64,000 nucleotides of DNA from contig CM119377.1 of the NCBI GenBank assembly GCA_051294905.1, positions 7,936,001 to 8,000,000 of the forward strand, read 5' to 3'. Position 1 is the stretch's first letter; the number at the start of each line of letters is the position of its first letter. This DNA is from Botryllus schlosseri (lineage: Eukaryota). Both the position numbers and the translations under genes were made by a program. The notes beneath the pieces are model-generated. The model was not told the DNA's origin and did no database searches. It was given only the letters and a program-made list of their open reading frames with translations. Below are positions 24,711-37,400 of this stretch, piece after piece.

Positions 24711-27700
24711 ATGTCTTCTTCGCAAGCATCAACGGGATCCTTGCTGAGAAGGCCATTGCGTCCTCATCAACCAAGTTTGTCAAGTATACTGAGCCAACGA
24801 AGCACAGAAACTCATGTCTCAAATCATTCAAGTAAGTTCTTGGTTGTTACTTGGCTAGTGTCTGGAAGAGGTATCGACTTCCATGCCGTTCACACGTGTT
24901 TCTATTACATTGAGTGTCTTAAGTGGATGAAAATGTAAAAGCTTACTATTATTGCGGTTATTGCTTTTAGAGGTGCATTATTTATTCGCATGATAATGTT
25001 TTTAACTACTTTCCTGCTTGTACTGTTTTTTAGACAAGCAACTTACTTTTTTAAAATTCAGATCCTGAAAAGTAGAAATCTTAGCTTTGGTATAAGTTTT
25101 CTTGACTTTTACAAGTGAAATTGTGCTTGTAATTGAATAGAAATTAAGGCATTACTTCTACTACTCGAGTAGCATCGATATCTACTTGGACAGCCTCTGG
25201 CTGGTACCGAAATACAAGCAGTGTAAATTTCTACTCCAATACAAATACCGGTAATAATTGCAATTTTCAAGGCGTACCAAAACCTGTCATACTGCAAGTG
25301 GAAGTCAAAGATAAAATGTCTGAGGAGTACTCAAGTTTTAGCTTAAGGAAGAGGAGTAGGATGATGCATCATCGACTGGCTAGCAAGCTACTCTCACTTT
25401 GTGCTTGAATGGTAATGGTCTATTAAATTTAGGTGTTAATAGTTAGTGTATTCCAGTTTCTGAGATGCATATCGGACCCAGTTTAGAGTGAATGCAGTTA
25501 AGTTTTCTATCTAAAACTTATATTCGAACCCTAATCCACTTTCGAATTAAGGCAGCAGCGTCTCCGCACAAGAGCTAAAATCTGTGATGATTCTAATCGG
25601 TTCGAGTATCCGCTACAGGAATGCAGCCTGGCATGAGACCGATGCCAAGTCTGGCTTCGCATCTGGATGGCATGCAGTCTCCGGTACCCACAATGCAATC
25701 GGAATACGATCCAATATTTCGTCCGAAAAAATCAAAACAGCAAAAGGGATATTCTCAACTCGCCGATTCGGAAAATGCTACAACGGGTAGGTCCTTCAGT
25801 TTATTAACACATGTGAATAATATAATTACAAACGTTTATTTGGGCGTATTATGCTGCCAATTCTGGTGGTCAGTGTATTTTGATATCTACATTCTTCTAA
25901 ACTATTATCTGGTACTGCTCATTCTGGTGCTATTTGAGCTACCGTGCTAATTTTTCAAAGTAGTTAATAGACTTACCTATATTCAGAAAGACTACTCATA
26001 GTTATAGCGAAGTATGTTCATCGTTCAGGTCTGTAGGCTAACTACTTCAATTTTTTCCTGGAAGATAGGAATTTAGCATCTCCCTTCATTGCTACTTTAG
26101 TATCAGAGGGACTAGAGCTGCACACACTGATTCGAGTTCTGAAATAAACACTTCTCACCACTAAAGAGTTTCTTATCAACGAGAATCATAGTTTTGATAC
26201 TGTTATTCACTGTGGAGCGCTGTAAACCTCGGTTAGTCATATCGCAGGATACGAAACATGTAGATCAAAGCTACGAATATTAGCGGAAATGACATACATG
26301 TGGATTTGTGGCCAACCCGCAGCATTGTCGCAATGTGCAGTGAAACAGACACGGTCTAAAAGTACCAAATCATCTATAATGTGGTGTAGAACAGGCATTG
26401 TTTTTTGTGGTCTGGCAAAAGGTACATCTGTTGTGAACTTTCCACGGCATTCATACTGCTGTGAAATCATAATAAGTATCAAGTAATGCTCGAATACTCG
26501 ATTGGAAGTCGAATACTTGATTCAGAATCAAATCACTCTGTTTAGCCCAGCCCAAGGCAGGAACTATGGATAATTTCTATTGTTAGGGATAGGGTGCTCA
26601 AGTACGAAAATGCAGCCAGTTCTACTAAAATCATTACCGGTAACTGTTTACATCATATGCGACGTGTTCTCAACAGCTGGGGATACTGCCGATACTCTAA
26701 GCAAGAAAGGTTTGGTGCTCCCATACAAACCAAGGGGACCGGACCCGTTTCCAATGCGTGAACCAAAAAGACCTGCCGACATAAAAAGAGAGTATATTCT
26801 CCCTGAGGATTCTGTTAAGATATCGCCGGAATTCACGTGAGAAAGTTTTTTATCTATTTTTTTTTCGAGCAAAACGATATCTCGTTTTTGTCCAGGTTGG
26901 ATGACTTCATGCTGAAAACTCGTCCGTACGGCAGGATGAGAAAAAGTAGCCTGAAAGCATCTGTTCTGTCCAGGGCTAATTACAAGAAATTGACTCTGTA
27001 ACTATTCTTATCTTGGTAGATTAGGAATGCAAATAAAAGTAAGAATTTGATGGTCGATGTTATAGATTGCTACAGCGCGAACTGACGCAGCATCAAAGCT
27101 CTGTCGGAACTGTGGATATAACGGAACAAGCCGCCATCGAGACCAAGCATAAACGTGTGCCGAAAAAGCAACTTTTGTTAGGTAACTATTACGTACAGTG
27201 ATTGTTCCACAATACCAAATGCAACACAGTCTGTCGTTTGCACGCTCCGATGGAATATTGTTGCCAGAGCATACCACATGATGAATGTAGAATTTCTCAA
27301 AAATATCAGCGACTAGCAAACGGATAAAGCAAGGTCAAGACGAGAAATCACTCCCAACATCTCACACCATGAGAGTTTGAATACGATGGCATCTCAGCCC
27401 ACAGTAGTCTTCGAAAGTTTGACCTCTGCGCATCATCCAAGCTAGGCAACCGCCATACAGCATTAAAAAATGAACTGGATTAAAATGAATAATACAACGC
27501 ACACCGTAGGTAACACGCGCTAGGTAACTAACTCGAAGGAAAACCACTCAAGCCGGTTTGGACAGGTTTTGAAGCAGTATGGCATGACCGCTCGAGGTTC
27601 GCTTTACAACAATGAAAAACTATAATCAGCATATGCGACTCAATCGCCTCAAAACTAACTCTAACATTAACCCACACACTGAAGTGTCGTATGCTTGTAT

Positions 27701-30700
27701 GTAGGCTGCATTGTACACATGGACCATGGAACACATTTTGGTTGTCATGGTGCAGAAATGTTTACTTTGAAAAAAGTTTTAATCTAATCTGGTGATAACT
27801 ACTATGAATGCACGGTCTCCTACCGTAATTTCCTACCAAAGCAGCAGTATAAGTTGACATTTTATACCATTTTCGGTAATACGCCTGACTGATTCATTAT
27901 ATCTGTTATAGGCTATCCTGTTTTGTGCCAGAACCTAGATGTAATAACAAACTGCAATTGAAAATTTCCAGCAAATAAATGGCGTGTCATCGGTTCTTAT
28001 TCTGTTGATTTTCACAGAAATGAAAGGCATTATACAAGACAGGCTCAAAGAGCTCGGTGTCACCTCGCCTGGTAAATTTCACGACAGCAAAACGGAAATC
28101 AGTAGACTTTACGAGGAAATTCAAGATATCGGAGGTATGCGCGATAAGAAATATATGAATGTAAATTGATCATCGTAACTGTAATCAGCGGTTCTATTAT
28201 TTTTTAAATGACGAGTCGAGTTGTCTTGCAGATAGCGAAGGCGTCGGCAGGAAATCGCAACTGGCGTTGTTCAATAAAGCAACCAACACCGTGTTCCAAT
28301 CGCACGGGCGTTTGCGATCGCCGTTTGACGGAGAAAATACAGAGTCAATTATCACCCCTTCGGAGCTTTCCATTCTCAACTGTTTGATGGAAGGAGGCTA
28401 CGTCCTCAGCTTGAAGGTTACCGATGTATTTATGGTTATTAAGTGATACAAACCAATCCAAAATTCCAAAAGATACAGCGTATAATAGTTGGTGGTTTTG
28501 CATCAAAAACTGAAAGTGGTGTGGAAATATAACCGCTTGACTACTTGAGTACTCTGAAAAAGTAGAAGTACTTAGTTACTGGCCAAGCGGCCATCTTTCA
28601 TGATGTTTGTTGGAATCGGAATATAAGTGAACTATCATTTACAACAGTAACCTGTTGAAAATATGGTCAATTACTTATTAAAAAGTATTACAGATGGAGC
28701 CAATGAAGCTTATGTAGCCCCTTTGAATACCACTGACCATCTACGATCGAGAGCTGGTGTTTTACCTCGTTGGTATTACAGCAAACCGTATTATCTTATT
28801 ATGTCAGTTGGCAAAATGAGACGACTGAATGTTTCACAGGCTCATTTCATACCTCGAATTCCGGAACTGTCTCCGTTATCGACGACTCTGGTCTATTTGA
28901 ACCTTTCGTTTAACGAACTGGTGGAGTTTCCGAGAGACGTTTTACTCTGCCGGGAACTGCAAGTGCTCAAGATGAGAAATAACCCGCTCAAAGACATTCC
29001 GCACGAAATAAGCAAGTAAGCGGTAGAACGTTTTGTGTGGTTACGTGAACTGTTACCGTGTGACGCATACTGCTTTTCGGCTGCATGGGCGCTATTGAAA
29101 TTTGAGAATGCATTTCAATCTGAGCTTTGAAAGGTTCAAGGGTTCCTTGTGCTGAGCGTGTGGGTCAAAGTTAATGGCAATTTGTTTAAAAAAGGTACAC
29201 TTTCACAGACTCAAGAACTTGCGCACTTTGATATTATCGTTCTGCTGCCTGTCTGCGTTACCGCTGTCACTGTTCTCGTTGACGAAGCTGGAATTCTTCG
29301 ACGTCTCGTACAACAAGCTCACGTTCCTCGCAAACGAAATAAAGAAATTGGAAAAGCTAAGGTACGAGTGTTGACCGCACAGTCTCTTCATTGGCAATCG
29401 TCTCGGACTGGTTCCCATAATTATCGATGTTCAGTGATCATGAGCATTTTACATTCTTAATATTGCTATCGGTCAGCCCGGGTGGGTGTTTGATGGCCTG
29501 TTCCAGGTCATTTCTATCTCATAAAATGTTGATGAATGAATTCGAGTGAACGGGAGAAATACTGTTGCATGTCGACGCTGTAAAATATTTACTTTGTAAG
29601 GAAAGGACTTTGCTCGTAACCATAGGTAGTCGATAATACTCAAGTATGCGTTGCCCACTTTGAGTACTTGGTCGTATTGTTTTTTGACTACTTCCACTTC
29701 TACCTGATAGTTTTCAAGATAAAAATACTTGCTTCTTACACTATCCAGTTTTGTAAATTAGAAAGTAGTTTTGCGGTGTTTGCATCACCTTCATGTATTG
29801 AAATGTCATAAGAGGGTGGAATGACCCCTGTATCTTCAAGGAAACTGCATATATTTTCGAAAAATGCCCCCATCATCATTTTCTACTTCCGCTTGAAGTA
29901 GTTTTTACATGTTTTGTGAATCGCTACTTCTACTTGTACTGGAGTAGAAATTTATGACGTTATTTCTACTTGAGTATCAACGCATTCTACTTTGACCATC
30001 ACTTTGCTACTTGATGAATTGTATCGAAGTGAAGATTGAAACGCATTTCATGAGGTAAATTCCTATCCCTCGTCGATAGTTCGACCCAAAAATCCCCAAC
30101 AAGTCATGTGCACTGGAGCAGGTATGGTTTTTGGTGAAGTAATGTTGTATAGCCTATGTATCTTTCGGTCACTCTTAATAGTCTTGGTCCATTTCAGATT
30201 TCTCAACGTTGAAGGAAACGAATTGGCCGGGCTTCCGTGCGGTTTGTTGAAGTTGAACCTGTTCCGAATTCGTGTGCGCAACAACTTTATGAATCCGCTG
30301 TTTTGGAAAGAGAACTCCACAAACGACCCGCAGAGGCTGACGGACATGTGTCTGGTGGTTTTGAAAGCCAAAGTCGCTCGCGAGGACTCGAAGAAAATAA
30401 AGACCTTTCCACCTGAAATCGTTCGGGCTATAAGCAAGTGAGCTTCTCGCCCTTACTGATAATAGTGTAAAAAGCATCAGAATGCAGAATTTTCAATTAC
30501 AATTTTGGACCCAATGTCCCTCTCTCAGAGGTAGTCTAAGTGGTTATCAGTCAATTCCGCACTTGTATCACTTTTCTAATGAATTCCATCATTTCAAAAC
30601 ACCACAAGACTGTGACTCCTAGTGCTAACCATGACCTGAATACTGTAATACAAAGTGTATCAAAAGATACGGCCATATTCAGTGAAACATTCTTTTCCAA

Positions 30701-31288
30701 TTTAGTTGTTGATGCATCGAAAATCTATGCATTCCAGTGCAAAATTCACCAAGTGCCGAATTTACTGGCAACGACTTCTCATCTAGATGCAGAAGTAGTG
30801 CTGTAAATTTTTGAAGTATATGCATCAATTTCCATGAACTGCAATTAAACTACTTCACGTACTTTGATACAGGGGCTATTTCGCCCAATAATTAATTCCT
30901 GAATACTTTCACCACAAGTGATATACGATATCTGTCTGTCTCAGGTGGGAGTAGTCTACAAACATAACGCCACCAGTTGGCAAAACGTTGCAATTTTTCC
31001 AGTTTTTTGCCTTGCGACTGCTGCGACGGCCCCCGCTTCGGACCGGGTCTGAGAATAATCCGACCGTGCACCGAGATCTGGGGGATAAAGCGCCTGCCCT
31101 TCGTCTTCCAATCCTGCTCGCCCAACTGCTACTCTGACTTCATCCACAACATCGACCCCAAGATCAGCGAACTTCTTTACGGAATGATGAACGAAAAACC
31201 CTGCACTCCACTACGGGAAGAGGAAACTGAGGATGACGACAGTTTGGGAGAAGCCCCTCCGCTCAGAGAAGGAGCAATAACTGCATAA
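24711..31288 (+). CDS. LRRC63: Leucine-rich repeat protein LRRC63-like, 10 coding exons, ~594 aa
   Basis: Hand-assembled GT-AG exons with consistent phases: 24711-24831, 25619-25786, 26677-26836, 26896-26997, 27066-27181, 28018-28134, 28694-29015, 29209-29361, 30198-30437, 31003-31288 (1785 nt). LRRs include LVYLNLSFNELVEFP, LQVLKMRNNPLKDIP, LEFFDVSYNKL and FLNVEGNELAGLP. C-terminal CDCCDGPRFGPGLRIIRPC...LPFVFQSCSPNC resembles LRRC63. AATAAA at ~31357. The junctions of exons 4-5 are least certain. Confidence 0.8.
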
Positions 31289-32215
31289 CTGTAGTAACTG
31301 CACTACTACTAATAACTGTACTAGTCTTCACTGTGAACGGAATCTATATTTTCATGAATAAAGATATATTTTAGAATATTTTCTCGTTACTATGCGGTAG
31401 GAGTTGTAGCTCTTAGCTCAGTGGTGATAGCGTTAGTTGTGCAGAAAAAGGTAAACAAAGTTGTTGACAACAAAATAATTTGGGACATCCAAATCGCACT
31501 TGTAGGCTGCACCGGAAAGAAAGTTTGTGTTATTGCGATCTTGCAAATGGCTTACACAATTTACAATGTGATTCAATGAAAAGATAGGAGGGTGTTCAAG
31601 CGGCCATGTGCTGTACAGCAATATATACCTTACTGGTATTATTTGTATTTAAGTAATGGTGATATTGATAGGTCTTTTCTCTGTTGTTCCCTAGCATGAG
31701 TCCTTCTTTTGGGTTTTTCCATGGGGTTTTGTAGAGACATTGTGTGAACACTGAACAGCAATGCAGGCGTGAAGAAACCTATACAACCTTTGACACTAAA
31801 AACATGCTTGGGCCGAGACTCAAACCATATTTATAATATAATAAACATATGAAAATTGAACAGTAATGAATACACTGGTCTCCAAAGTGCTACAGTGGTT
31901 AATGCGAATATTCATTATAATGAACTTTGTAAATAAACACCTATCAGTTGAAAAAATCTAATGAGAAAGTGGCCAAAAGCAATAGCATAGTATACATTGG
32001 GATTTGGATAGCACGCACAACTAGAACATATTTATAGAAGAGCAACAACATTACACATTGAACACATAATCTCTCAAAACTGAAACATCAATTTGGTAAT
32101 CACTTGATTAGGTTAAAAACGATTTTTCACTAAAAAGTAGCAAAGCTAGTAACGATGATCTGTTGAAGGCATTAGTGCAGCATGATCACCATAGTTACTA
32201 CAGGGACCACCATAT

Positions 32216-33088
32216 CTAGCTCAAATACTGTGCAATAACTTGAGCGATCAATCCGTATTGTAGTAAAATTGGAAACGGTATCCAAAGCTTGTGTAGTTTG
32301 AATCTCGCGGCATGAGTGACAATCCCATGTCCCGGCGGCAATTTATCTGCCAAGTACAGTCTGACCTGGGAGGCTTGGAAGTAAGAGCAATTCTTACATT
32401 GAGGAAGTAATTTACCAGTAACCGACACGTATCTTTTTGGATAGTTTTCGGCCAAAGCAACAGGGGGATTATGATCGCCAAAGTAATTGACACGCACATG
32501 GGGAATGCGGTTACGAAAGTACTTGTTGAAGTATAATGCGAGAGCGTCCAAGACATTGTACCGCTTCCCACACGTGTGACACCCATACTTTTCGCCGATT
32601 TTCTGAATTTTTGCTAACCTCGGCTTGGAGACTGCGGATGTCAACGTAGGCAACGGCACGTGTTTAACAGCATACGAACCGGGGTGCAAAATATGACTGG
32701 GACATAGGTTTCTCAATCTACCTCCGAACAATTTGAAAGTGAACACGCAAAGCAGCCCGTAAGATGTGATGTTAGCTGCGGCCACGTTTACATCCGTAAA
32801 AATTAACATTGATTTCGGAGACTTGCCGATGGAGTTTTCCGTTAATGCAAACGCAACGGCCGCACAGGACGAGGCAGTGATCAGGGAGAGCATCCCGCCC
32901 ACAGGCGCAAGTCCTTTATGCGCAGTTAAATTCACACTTTTCCACACATAATTCTGCATCAATCCCAACACTGTGGGGAAAGTCAGAATTCCGGCAAGGG
33001 AAGGTAGAACGAGTTCGTTTGCCTTCCTGATGGTCTCAGCGGTAATCGCAAAGTCCTCCGCAAGCGATAATATACCTTTATTCTTCAT
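32216..33088 (-). CDS. Uncharacterised membrane protein with an HNH/His-Me-finger-like zinc-binding domain, 290 aa, uninterrupted CDS
   Basis: Three hydrophobic segments (~aa 27-48, 60-83, 102-122) are followed by GC170HTC173G, D205H206NPP and LLPQC231KNC234S, then a hydrophobic C-terminus. The ATG-to-stop ORF is intact while its tandem duplicates have decayed. Confidence 0.8.
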   Translation of the reverse strand: MKNKGILSLAEDFAITAETIRKANELVLPSLAGILTFPTVLGLMQNYVWKSVNLTAHKGLAPVGGMLSLITASSCAAVAFALTENSIGKSPKSMLIFTDVNVAAANITSYGLLCVFTFKLFGGRLRNLCPSHILHPGSYAVKHVPLPTLTSAVSKPRLAKIQKIGEKYGCHTCGKRYNVLDALALYFNKYFRNRIPHVRVNYFGDHNPPVALAENYPKRYVSVTGKLLPQCKNCSYFQASQVRLYLADKLPPGHGIVTHAARFKLHKLWIPFPILLQYGLIAQVIAQYLS

Positions 33089-34416
33089 AGCTATGTTGCC
33101 CAGTAGTGCTGCTTAGGCCTATTGCTTATGCCCTCGCTTAGACTTACATGGCTGTAATGAATGTAAAGTATGCTCTTTTATTGCAAGACTGGCAATATTA
33201 ACACGAATACAAAATGCATAACTTCTAATTGAACCATACAAGAAAATGAAGACACTTCCATCATTTTAACTACACCCCGTGATCGCGAGATGTCCGATAT
33301 TATTACATGGTGTGATAAAGATATGTAGCAGTAATGGCAAAAACCTTTCGAGATGCGACGAGTTACTTACTGGTTCCGAATTCACGGTAATCTCTACGCG
33401 CAACAAATTCACATACATTGATATATTGGCTGCCAACCACCATGTCACCACCAAGGCCTACTCTATTCCTGGAACCAGGATATCCGACAAAATCCCTGGG
33501 CAGCTAATAACAAACGATCATTTTGCACAGTGATGGTACATGCGGGTTGATTGAACGATCGTAATCCTAATACATTCGCATAAGATCTCGGGCAGTAAGA
33601 TTTAAAAGCAGCAGTGGTCACTGTAAATTGAGCAACGGAAACAACAACAGAAAGAGCCCAACTGATGCTAGCGTAGTTGAATCATAGTGGTATTGATAAC
33701 ATCAACATGGCATTCGAAGCACAGTCCAATAATATATGTGTATCGGTTAATGATTTATATCAGTCGATGGGGATTAGCAGTCAAAACGACAGAAGCAAAA
33801 AAAAAGCTGCCAATGATAACAAATCATATATACGGGAGCGGTACCAAAAGGCAGACACAATGAGATTCATGGCGAACCAAACCACGCGAGACTTTCAAAT
33901 TGAAACACAAAATGCACTAACTCCATAATTCAGGTCAGGACATCCCGAAATAGCAGTCTATCGTCTATGATACCGAGTGTGACGGGAGTGTCCCATATCG
34001 CAGCTTCCAATATGGCAGCATCGACGGATTTTGAGCAAGGATACACTTTAGAAAATGCAAAAAATATCCAGATTCTCAAACGGCAGGTCCTAGGCAACAT
34101 TCAATTCAATGGGCCAGAATAAACATAGCCGTAGAGTGGCAGTTACGAAGTTGGCGAGCAATGGAATGGGTTAAGAAGTGAGACCCCGACACCACAGAGA
34201 TTGATGAAGTGCAATAGGACCGTTCGTGAAAATATTTTAGCCGTGGTTCGAACATAGCCACATTTACAACATAAACATGCAACCATTACATATTTAGAGC
34301 GTAACGTTGTTCATTTAACGCACTTGAATACACTCAAAATACCAGAATATTGGGTCACAAAAAATAGAATGTACAGTATCACACTGCCTGCATGATTCAA
34401 TATTCCGTACAAGTCA

Positions 34417-37400
34417 TCATTCCTCAGTCGCAGCGACAGACAAAGAAATCATCTTGTTCGCGACAGACGTCCACTGGCTGACAATCACCAGCCCGTCGTC
34501 GGTCGCCTCGTAATAAACCACCGTCTTGGCCGGAGAAGGCGCACCAAACAACCTCTTCACTCCGGGACACTCCACAGACATCTCTTGGATGCATCCGGTC
34601 TCCTTCAAGACGCGCAGAAGCTCCACAATCACCACCCGTTGGTAACTCAGCGACGCACAAATCGAGTCTTGCGTTATGCCTGGCGACGAATACACCTTCA
34701 TAAACACGCTGGTCAGCAGTGACTTGGCGCTTGCAAAGCTAATCTCGCCGCACAAGTTATGCCAGGGCCTGCAGATAAATTCGACTGCCTCGTACTTGCT
34801 TTGTAGACGCTTCCCTTCAGCTGGCAGCGCTGCCGGGGCTTCCTCTTTCGAATCCTTTTTTTCCTTGACCTCTTCACCACTTTTTTCAGGCTGGAAGAGC
34901 TTCAACTCGTACAAAATCTCGTTCTGAAAATTCCGATTCCCGTCCTTGTACCTGAAGCCTTTCGCTACCCACGGTGATACGTTTTTGTAAGACACAACGC
35001 GAATCTCCTTGATTCCCACAGAATACAAGACGAGTTTCTCAAAAAGCACATCAAGACACGCGTTCACAGACTTGTTATCAAACCGCACCGATTCAAACAA
35101 CCCTCGCATACTGATTCCGGCATATCCAGCACTGTCTACCGAGTCAAAAATCGCGCGTGCTACTATACCGTGCGCGTTCACCTTCCGATTTCTCTGTGCC
35201 CATTCCGCTTCAGAGCGTTCGATATTCACAGGCTTGCTACGTAGCAGATTATTGATGGTCGTCACCCGTTCGGAAGGGTCTACGTTGCAGTACTGGTCGA
35301 GCATAGTGAGAGTGTTGTTTATCTTGATCGTGCATGGCGTCAAAACGATACAGTCCGACGTGGATGAGAAGTTTAACGCTGAGAATTTTGATTCGGACCG
35401 TTTCGAATTGGATTTGATCAGTATCAGCCAGTTGCTGTACGACGGGTGCCTGTGGTACAGCCTCATTAGCTCTGCGATTTTCAATTTCCTATCAGCCGCA
35501 TTAGAGTTCGCCTCCGAGTTTTCACCTGTTTTCGCATTGTCATCAAAATTTTCTTTCAATATACAAGCAGCGGCCGCCATTAAACTGTCTGGCGGAACAG
35601 TGCTAGAGTCGCCTTCATTGGTCTTCGAGTCGCGCACTTCTTTCAACAAGTCTTTCTCGGCGCCTTGCAGCATGGAACGGAACTGATTTTCGAACACAGA
35701 AGAGTTTAAAGCTTCCGGCACGACTACGTCATCAGGAATATCGACTTCGATGTCCAGAGTTTTTTTCGTCATAAAGTACGAGGTCAAGAAGACATGGTTC
35801 AACGTGGTGACGGTTTTGATTTCTAAATCGCCGCTCTGCTCTAAACCTTGCGACACTTCGTCGACCACAGTCATCGGCACGGGCGCTTTTAGACTCAAAT
35901 GGTGCGCGTACGTGAGTCGGTACATGCGCATCGCGTACGGCACTTTGCGGTACTGGTGTCGTTTCCGGCACGCGTAACCTCCGATCTTCATTTTCGAGAA
36001 CACGTCCTTGAGCGTGCTCTCTGGAAACTCTTCAAACGCGCGGTACGCTTGAAAGATGCTGAACTCCGAGTCGGACATAGCAAGGGCGATGTAGATCATG
36101 TTTTCTGCTACTGATTTGCGTACATCAAGTTCATCGTTGATGGCGTCATCAAAATAGCATCGTCTTGGCACGATATCACCCGATTTACATATAATGGTCT
36201 TCGGAACGTACCGATTCAAAACCTGCTCACTTGTGTCGGGTATCTCATCTTCAAACAAGCCCGGTTGCGATTTGAATCTCTTTTTCAGTTGCTCCACAAG
36301 TTTGCAGTACACCTCCCGCACTTTCGCAGAGTTGCATTCCAAATCGAGTTCTGGTGGGCAAAATTCCGCCAAAAACTTATTGTCGCTTTTAATATCGGCC
36401 ACCGATATATCGTGACATATCCTGGTCTCGGGGTTTTTCATGAGTATGTGCGTCCGTCGCCCGCCCGAGTACGAGGTCTTGTCGGCCGACTCTGGCAACG
36501 ACGAGTGCATGATATCACGCACGACGGACCACGGTATGATCTGTTTCCTCGGTCGGTGCGGCTTTTTCCAGTACAAATGTACGAGCAACGTGGTGGTGAC
36601 GTGACACAGCAAGTACAGCGCGTCTTCCGCCTTCGTAAAGCTGGCGCGGATGCGTCCGTTCCTGCGCTTTATCGCTTCCAAGTCCACGTCGTCCAAGTAT
36701 TTTATCCGCTGCTTGCCCTGCTTCAGCATACCGCCCGCTTTCTTGGTGTTACGCCTCCTTACTTTGTTCAAGTTGAGCAGAGTGCTGGACGACGAAGGCT
36801 GTTCGGGCGGCGCCGGCGCCGCTTTGCGTTTGACACCGCGGCCTCCTTTGACGCGCTCGTTTCTGCCGACATTACTCTCCATGACAACTTCGATTTCTTT
36901 CGTCTGGACAGTCGTGGATGGTTTGGCTCTTGATTTCACAGGAGGGGGCGGTTTTTCACTTCCTTTCGACGCAGTTTTTCTCAATTTCGGCTTAGGCTCG
37001 CCGGCTGCTTTGACATCAGCCGGCGGCCTTTTTCTGCTTTTCTCGACCACAGCAGGTTCCCGTTTTTTCCTCGTGCCGCTACTCTTCATCATCTTCCTCG
37101 CTTGTAGCGCGTTCCAATTCCTGTACAGGAAGCTGAACAGACTCGAGTCAAGCCCGCCGGCACCTCGACCGTCGCCGGGTATGTGACCGTCGTCGCGTGG
37201 CTCTTGCACGGTCTCCGACGCGGACTTCACAAAGTTTTTAACGGCCGTGTTGCACATGTGGCTTTTCGGGGGCTCGCCGTCCATGTGCTGATACGAGCCG
37301 AGCTTGGTCTGCATGCAGATCGCTTGTAGTTTGTACCAAAACGACTCCAGCACCTGCGAATCGTCCAGCTTATATGCGATCTTCTCATAGTGTTTCTCCT

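Noticed and set aside
27250-27640. Possible extra LRRC63 exons (e.g. ARSRREITPNISHHESL.., LEGKPLKPVWTGFEAVW..)
   Set aside because: No combination of GT-AG sites kept the frame without stops. The 10-exon model already gives a typical length. RNA-seq is needed.
31405-31460. tRNA-like 5' half (TAGCTCAGTGGTGATAGCG); similar at ~58542
   Set aside because: A-box-like only; no T-arm/B-box or acceptor stem follows.
33677-33928. 83-aa plus-strand ORF between GTF3C1 and the HNH-like gene
   Set aside because: It starts at a non-ATG codon, and the homologous spacers in the two duplicates are riddled with indels and insertions, arguing against coding constraint.
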